DNA from: Escherichia coli
Lineage (GTDB): Bacteria > Pseudomonadota > Gammaproteobacteria > Enterobacterales > Enterobacteriaceae
Reading direction: 5' to 3' (one strand)
Assembly (NCBI RefSeq): GCF_024223415.1
Contig: NZ_CP100500.1
Length of the DNA stretch: 64,000 nt
This document shows, piece after piece, positions 58,971 to 64,000 of the stretch. The number at the start of each line of letters is the position of its first letter. Position 1 is the stretch's first letter. Below the pieces are notes generated by a model, which did no database searches, was not told the DNA's origin, and saw nothing but the letters and a program-made list of their open reading frames with translations. A program made the position numbers and the translations under genes.

Positions 58971-60332
58971 ATGAAACTAAAGACCACATTGTTCGGCAAT
59001 GTATATCAGTTTAAGGATGTAAAAGAGGTGCTGGCTAAAGCCAACGAACTGCGTTCGGGGGATGTGCTGGCAGGCGTTGCAGCGGCAAGTTCACAGGAGC
59101 GCGTGGCGGCAAAGCAGGTGTTGTCGGAAATGACCGTAGCGGACATCCGCAATAATCCGGTGATTGCCTATGAAGATGACTGCGTGACGCGGCTGATTCA
59201 GGACGATGTTAACGAAACGGCCTACAACCAGATTAAAAACTGGAGCATCAGCGAACTGCGTGAGTATGTGCTGAGCGATGAAACCAGCGTGGACGACATT
59301 GCCTTTACCCGCAAAGGGCTGACCTCGGAAGTGGTCGCGGCGGTAGCGAAGATTTGCTCCAACGCGGACCTGATCTACGGCGCGAAGAAAATGCCGGTAA
59401 TCAAAAAGGCCAATACCACCATCGGTATTCCGGGCACCTTCAGCGCCCGTTTGCAGCCAAATGACACTCGTGACGACGTGCAAAGTATCGCCGCGCAAAT
59501 CTACGAAGGGCTTTCCTTCGGGGTGGGCGATGCGGTGATCGGCGTTAACCCGGTGACTGACGACGTGGAAAACTTAAGCCGCGTGCTGGATACCATTTAT
59601 GGCGTGATCGACAAATTCAACATCCCAACTCAGGGCTGCGTACTGGCGCACGTCACCACCCAGATCGAAGCGATTCGTCGCGGCGCGCCTGGCGGACTGA
59701 TTTTCCAGAGTATCTGTGGCAGCGAAAAAGGGCTGAAAGAGTTTGGCGTGGAACTGGCGATGCTCGACGAAGCGCGCGCAGTGGGCGCAGAGTTCAACCG
59801 TATCGCCGGGGAAAACTGCCTCTACTTCGAAACCGGACAAGGCTCTGCGCTATCCGCTGGCGCTAACTTCGGCGCTGACCAGGTGACGATGGAAGCACGT
59901 AACTATGGGCTGGCGCGTCATTACGATCCGTTTATCGTCAACACCGTGGTCGGTTTTATTGGGCCGGAGTATCTCTACAACGACCGCCAGATTATCCGTG
60001 CTGGCTTAGAAGATCACTTTATGGGCAAGCTGAGCGGCATCTCTATGGGCTGTGACTGCTGTTACACCAACCACGCTGACGCTGACCAGAACCTCAACGA
60101 AAACCTGATGATCCTGCTCGCCACCGCAGGCTGCAACTACATCATGGGGATGCCGTTGGGTGATGACATCATGCTCAACTACCAGACCACCGCATTCCAC
60201 GATACCGCCACTGTGCGTCAGTTACTCAACCTGCGCCCGTCACCGGAGTTTGAACGCTGGCTGGAAAGCATGGGCATTATGGCAAACGGTCGCCTGACCA
60301 AACGGGCGGGCGATCCGTCACTGTTCTTCTGA
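58971..60332 (+). CDS. eutB: ethanolamine ammonia-lyase large subunit
   Basis: 453-aa ORF. Confidence 0.9.
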   Translation: MKLKTTLFGNVYQFKDVKEVLAKANELRSGDVLAGVAAASSQERVAAKQVLSEMTVADIRNNPVIAYEDDCVTRLIQDDVNETAYNQIKNWSISELREYVLSDETSVDDIAFTRKGLTSEVVAAVAKICSNADLIYGAKKMPVIKKANTTIGIPGTFSARLQPNDTRDDVQSIAAQIYEGLSFGVGDAVIGVNPVTDDVENLSRVLDTIYGVIDKFNIPTQGCVLAHVTTQIEAIRRGAPGGLIFQSICGSEKGLKEFGVELAMLDEARAVGAEFNRIAGENCLYFETGQGSALSAGANFGADQVTMEARNYGLARHYDPFIVNTVVGFIGPEYLYNDRQIIRAGLEDHFMGKLSGISMGCDCCYTNHADADQNLNENLMILLATAGCNYIMGMPLGDDIMLNYQTTAFHDTATVRQLLNLRPSPEFERWLESMGIMANGRLTKRAGDPSLFF

Positions 60333-60352
60333 TGACGCGGAGATAACACATC

Positions 60353-61240
60353 ATGGATCAAAAACAGATTGAAGAAATTGTACGCAGCGTGATGGCGTCA
60401 ATGGGACAAACGGCCCCCGCGCCGTCAGAAGCAAAGTGCGCCACTACCACCTGTGCGGCACCGGTGACCTCGGAAAGCTGCGCGCTGGATTTAGGTTCTG
60501 CGGAAGCAAAAGCGTGGATTGGTGTTGAAAACCCACATCGTGCGGATGTGTTAACAGAACTGCGTCGCAGCACCGTGGCCCGCGTTTGTACCGGTCGTGC
60601 CGGTCCGCGTCCGCGTACCCAGGCGCTGCTGCGTTTCCTGGCCGATCACTCTCGTTCGAAAGATACCGTACTTAAAGAAGTGCCGGAAGAGTGGGTGAAA
60701 GCGCAGGGCTTGCTGGAAGTACGCTCTGAAATTAGCGACAAAAATCTCTACCTGACTCGCCCGGATATGGGCCGCCGCCTGTGTGCAGAAGCTGTTGAAG
60801 CGCTGAAAGCGCAGTGTGTTGCCAATCCGGACGTGCAGGTCGTTATTTCTGATGGCCTGTCAACTGATGCGATCACCGTGAACTACGAAGAGATCCTGCC
60901 ACCGCTGATGGCGGGCCTGAAACAGGCCGGGCTGAAAGTCGGTACACCATTCTTTGTTCGTTATGGTCGCGTGAAGATTGAAGATCAGATCGGTGAGATC
61001 CTCGGCGCGAAAGTGGTGATCCTGCTGGTGGGCGAACGTCCGGGGTTGGGTCAGTCAGAAAGCCTCTCCTGCTACGCCGTTTACTCGCCACGTATGGCGA
61101 CCACCGTTGAGGCCGATCGCACCTGTATCTCTAACATTCACCAGGGCGGCACGCCGCCGGTTGAAGCCGCAGCCGTCATTGTGGATTTGGCGAAACGTAT
61201 GCTGGAGCAGAAAGCATCCGGCATCAACATGACCCGATAA
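60353..61240 (+). CDS. eutC: ethanolamine ammonia-lyase small subunit
   Basis: 295-aa ORF. Confidence 0.9.
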   Translation: MDQKQIEEIVRSVMASMGQTAPAPSEAKCATTTCAAPVTSESCALDLGSAEAKAWIGVENPHRADVLTELRRSTVARVCTGRAGPRPRTQALLRFLADHSRSKDTVLKEVPEEWVKAQGLLEVRSEISDKNLYLTRPDMGRRLCAEAVEALKAQCVANPDVQVVISDGLSTDAITVNYEEILPPLMAGLKQAGLKVGTPFFVRYGRVKIEDQIGEILGAKVVILLVGERPGLGQSESLSCYAVYSPRMATTVEADRTCISNIHQGGTPPVEAAAVIVDLAKRMLEQKASGINMTR

Positions 61241-61249
61241 GGAGGCATC

Positions 61250-61909
61250 ATGCCAGCTTTAGATTTGATTCGACCGTCTGTCACCGCTATGCGGGTGATT
61301 GCCTCCGTTAACGCCGATTTTGCGCGTGAACTAAAATTGCCGCCGCATATTCGTAGCCTCGGTCTGATTTCTGCCGACTCCGATGACGTCACCTACATTG
61401 CCGCTGATGAAGCGACCAAGCAGGCGATGGTGGAAGTGGTGTATGGCCGCTCGCTGTATGCGGGAGCGGCACACGGCCCGTCACCGACTGCCGGTGAAGT
61501 GCTGATTATGCTTGGTGGGCCAAACCCGGCGGAAGTGCGTGCAGGTCTGGATGCGATGGTTGCGCATATTGAAAATGGCGCTGCTTTCCAGTGGGCTAAT
61601 GATGCGCAAGATACGGCATTCCTGGCACATGTAGTTTCGCGTACCGGTTCTTATCTCTCATCAACCGCCGGGATCACGCTTGGCGATCCGATGGCGTATC
61701 TGGTGGCACCGCCGCTGGAAGCGACCTACGGCATTGATGCAGCGTTGAAATCTGCCGACGTACAGCTGGTGACCTATGTCCCGCCACCGTCTGAAACCAA
61801 CTACTCGGCAGCATTTTTAACCGGTAGCCAGGCCGCGTGTAAAGCAGCCTGTAACGCCTTTACCGATGCAGTGCTGGAAATCGCGCGTAATCCAATCCAG
61901 CGTGCGTAA
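61250..61909 (+). CDS. eutL: BMC shell protein (tandem-domain pseudohexamer)
   Basis: 219-aa ORF. Confidence 0.9.
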   Translation: MPALDLIRPSVTAMRVIASVNADFARELKLPPHIRSLGLISADSDDVTYIAADEATKQAMVEVVYGRSLYAGAAHGPSPTAGEVLIMLGGPNPAEVRAGLDAMVAHIENGAAFQWANDAQDTAFLAHVVSRTGSYLSSTAGITLGDPMAYLVAPPLEATYGIDAALKSADVQLVTYVPPPSETNYSAAFLTGSQAACKAACNAFTDAVLEIARNPIQRA

Positions 61910-61921
61910 TGGAGGTTGCCG

Positions 61922-62422
61922 ATGATCAATGCACTGGGATTGCTGGAAGTGGACGGCATGGTCGCTGCGATAGATGCAGCGGATGCCATGCTCAAAGCAG
62001 CTAACGTTCGTCTGCTCAGTCACGAAGTGCTTGACCCTGGTCGCTTAACGCTGGTGGTGGAAGGCGATCTGGCGGCGTGTCGTGCTGCGCTGGACGCAGG
62101 TTGTGCTGCCGCGATGCGTACCGGGCGTGTCATCAGCCGTAAGGAGATCGGTCGGCCAGACGATGACACCCAGTGGCTGGTTACTGGCTTTAACCGCCAG
62201 CCGAAGCAACCCGTAAAGGAACCCGACGCGCCAGTTATCGTCGCGGAATCTGCTGACGAGTTGTTGGCGCTGTTAACATCAGTACGTCAGGGAATGACGG
62301 CAGGAGAAGTGGCTGCCCACTTTGGCTGGCCGCTGGAAAAAGCCAGAAATGCGCTCGAACAGCTCTTTTCTGCCGGGACGTTACGTAAACGCAGTAGTCG
62401 TTATCGTCTCAAGCCCCATTAA
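61922..62422 (+). CDS. eutK: BMC shell protein with C-terminal HTH-like extension
   Basis: ORF track 61916..62422; likely start MINALGLLEV giving 166 aa. Confidence 0.85.
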   Translation: MINALGLLEVDGMVAAIDAADAMLKAANVRLLSHEVLDPGRLTLVVEGDLAACRAALDAGCAAAMRTGRVISRKEIGRPDDDTQWLVTGFNRQPKQPVKEPDAPVIVAESADELLALLTSVRQGMTAGEVAAHFGWPLEKARNALEQLFSAGTLRKRSSRYRLKPH

Positions 62423-62467
62423 CCTGTCGGAGGTGCCGGGTGTCCTACAACACCCGGCATTAACATC

Positions 62468-63520
62468 ATGAAAAAGACCCGTACAGCCAATTTGCACCAT
62501 CTTTATCATGAACCCTTACCCGAAAACCTGAAGCTCACGCCGAAGGTCGAAGTGGATAATGTTCATCAACGACAGACAACGGATGTCTATGAACATGCTT
62601 TAACGATTACCGCCTGGCAGCAGATTTACGATCAGCTGCATCCGGGCAAGTTTCATGGTGAATTTACGGAAATTCTACTCGATGATATTCAGGTTTTTCG
62701 TGAATACACCGGTCTGGCGCTGCGTCAGTCGTGTCTGGTCTGGCCGAACTCGTTCTGGTTTGGCATTCCGGCGACGCGCGGTGAGCAGGGATTTATCGGT
62801 TCGCAATGTCTGGGAAGCGCAGAAATAGCGACGCGCCCTGGTGGAACCGAGTTTGAATTAAGTACGCCGGACGATTACACGATCCTGGGCGTAGTGCTTT
62901 CTGAAGATGTCATCACCCGTCAGGCTAACTTTTTGCATAATCCGGATCGGGTATTACATATGCTGCGTAGCCAGTCGGCGCTGGAAGTGAAAGAGCAGCA
63001 TAAAGCCGCGCTGTGGGGCTTTGTCCAACAGGCGCTGGCGACGTTTTGCGAGAACCCGGAAAATCTCCATCAGCCTGCAGTGCGAAAAGTGCTGGGGGAT
63101 AATTTGCTAATGGCGATGGGGGCGATGCTCGAAGACGCGCAACCAATGGTGACGGCGGAAAGCATCAGTCATCAGAGTTACCGTAGATTACTTTCCCGCG
63201 CCCGTGAATATGTGCTGGAAAACATGTCCGAACCGGTGACGGTGCTGGATTTGTGTAATCAACTGCATGTCAGCCGCCGCACGCTACAAAACGCGTTTCA
63301 CGCTATTTTAGGCATTGGCCCAAACGCGTGGCTGAAACGCATTCGCCTGAACGCCGTGCGCCGCGAACTAATAAGCCCGTGGTCGCAAAGCACAACGGTA
63401 AAAGACGCCGCCATGCAGTGGGGATTCTGGCATCTGGGGCAATTTGCCACGGATTACCAGCAGCTGTTTGCCGAGAAGCCGTCGTTGACGTTGCATCAGC
63501 GGATGCGGGAATGGGGGTGA
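62468..63520 (+). CDS. eutR: AraC-family transcriptional activator of the eut operon
   Basis: 350-aa ORF with C-terminal AraC-type HTH. Confidence 0.9.
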   Translation: MKKTRTANLHHLYHEPLPENLKLTPKVEVDNVHQRQTTDVYEHALTITAWQQIYDQLHPGKFHGEFTEILLDDIQVFREYTGLALRQSCLVWPNSFWFGIPATRGEQGFIGSQCLGSAEIATRPGGTEFELSTPDDYTILGVVLSEDVITRQANFLHNPDRVLHMLRSQSALEVKEQHKAALWGFVQQALATFCENPENLHQPAVRKVLGDNLLMAMGAMLEDAQPMVTAESISHQSYRRLLSRAREYVLENMSEPVTVLDLCNQLHVSRRTLQNAFHAILGIGPNAWLKRIRLNAVRRELISPWSQSTTVKDAAMQWGFWHLGQFATDYQQLFAEKPSLTLHQRMREWG

Positions 63521-63525
63521 GGGAG

Positions 63526-64000
<475 letters not shown>

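Overview
This window is a contiguous stretch of Escherichia coli chromosome with no sign of a genuinely novel multi-gene system; every long ORF is accounted for by a recognisable enterobacterial gene. Gene order matches what I remember of the K-12 map, read in reverse: upp-uraA-hda, yfgD-bepA-perM, focB-hyfR and the complete hyfABCDEFGHIJ hydrogenase-4 operon, bcp-gcvR, dapA-bamC-purC, ypfJ-tmcA-ypfH, ypfN-dapE-yffB, ypfM, acrD, narQ, aegA, nudK, ypfG, tktB-talA, maeB, then the eut ethanolamine-utilisation operon (eutSPQTDMNEJG, eutHABCLK, eutR) and the 3' part of hemF. The accessory content is what deserves a second look. Two identical-length (1433 bp) copies of an IS3-family, IS150-group element sit in inverted orientation, each inserted in the loop of a REP/palindromic unit with a 3-bp target duplication; this is the behaviour described for IS1397. 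One copy lies in the neutral hda/yfgD convergent intergenic region, the other inside the eut operon between eutG and eutH. eutH itself carries an apparent 1-nt deletion frameshift. A vapBC-type toxin-antitoxin islet with a palindromic putative operator lies between purC and ypfJ. No rRNA, tRNA or CRISPR array was recognised. All comparisons to K-12 and to named families are from memory, not from a database search; coordinates of starts were derived from the supplied ORF track and adjusted to the likely true start where I recognised the protein N-terminus.
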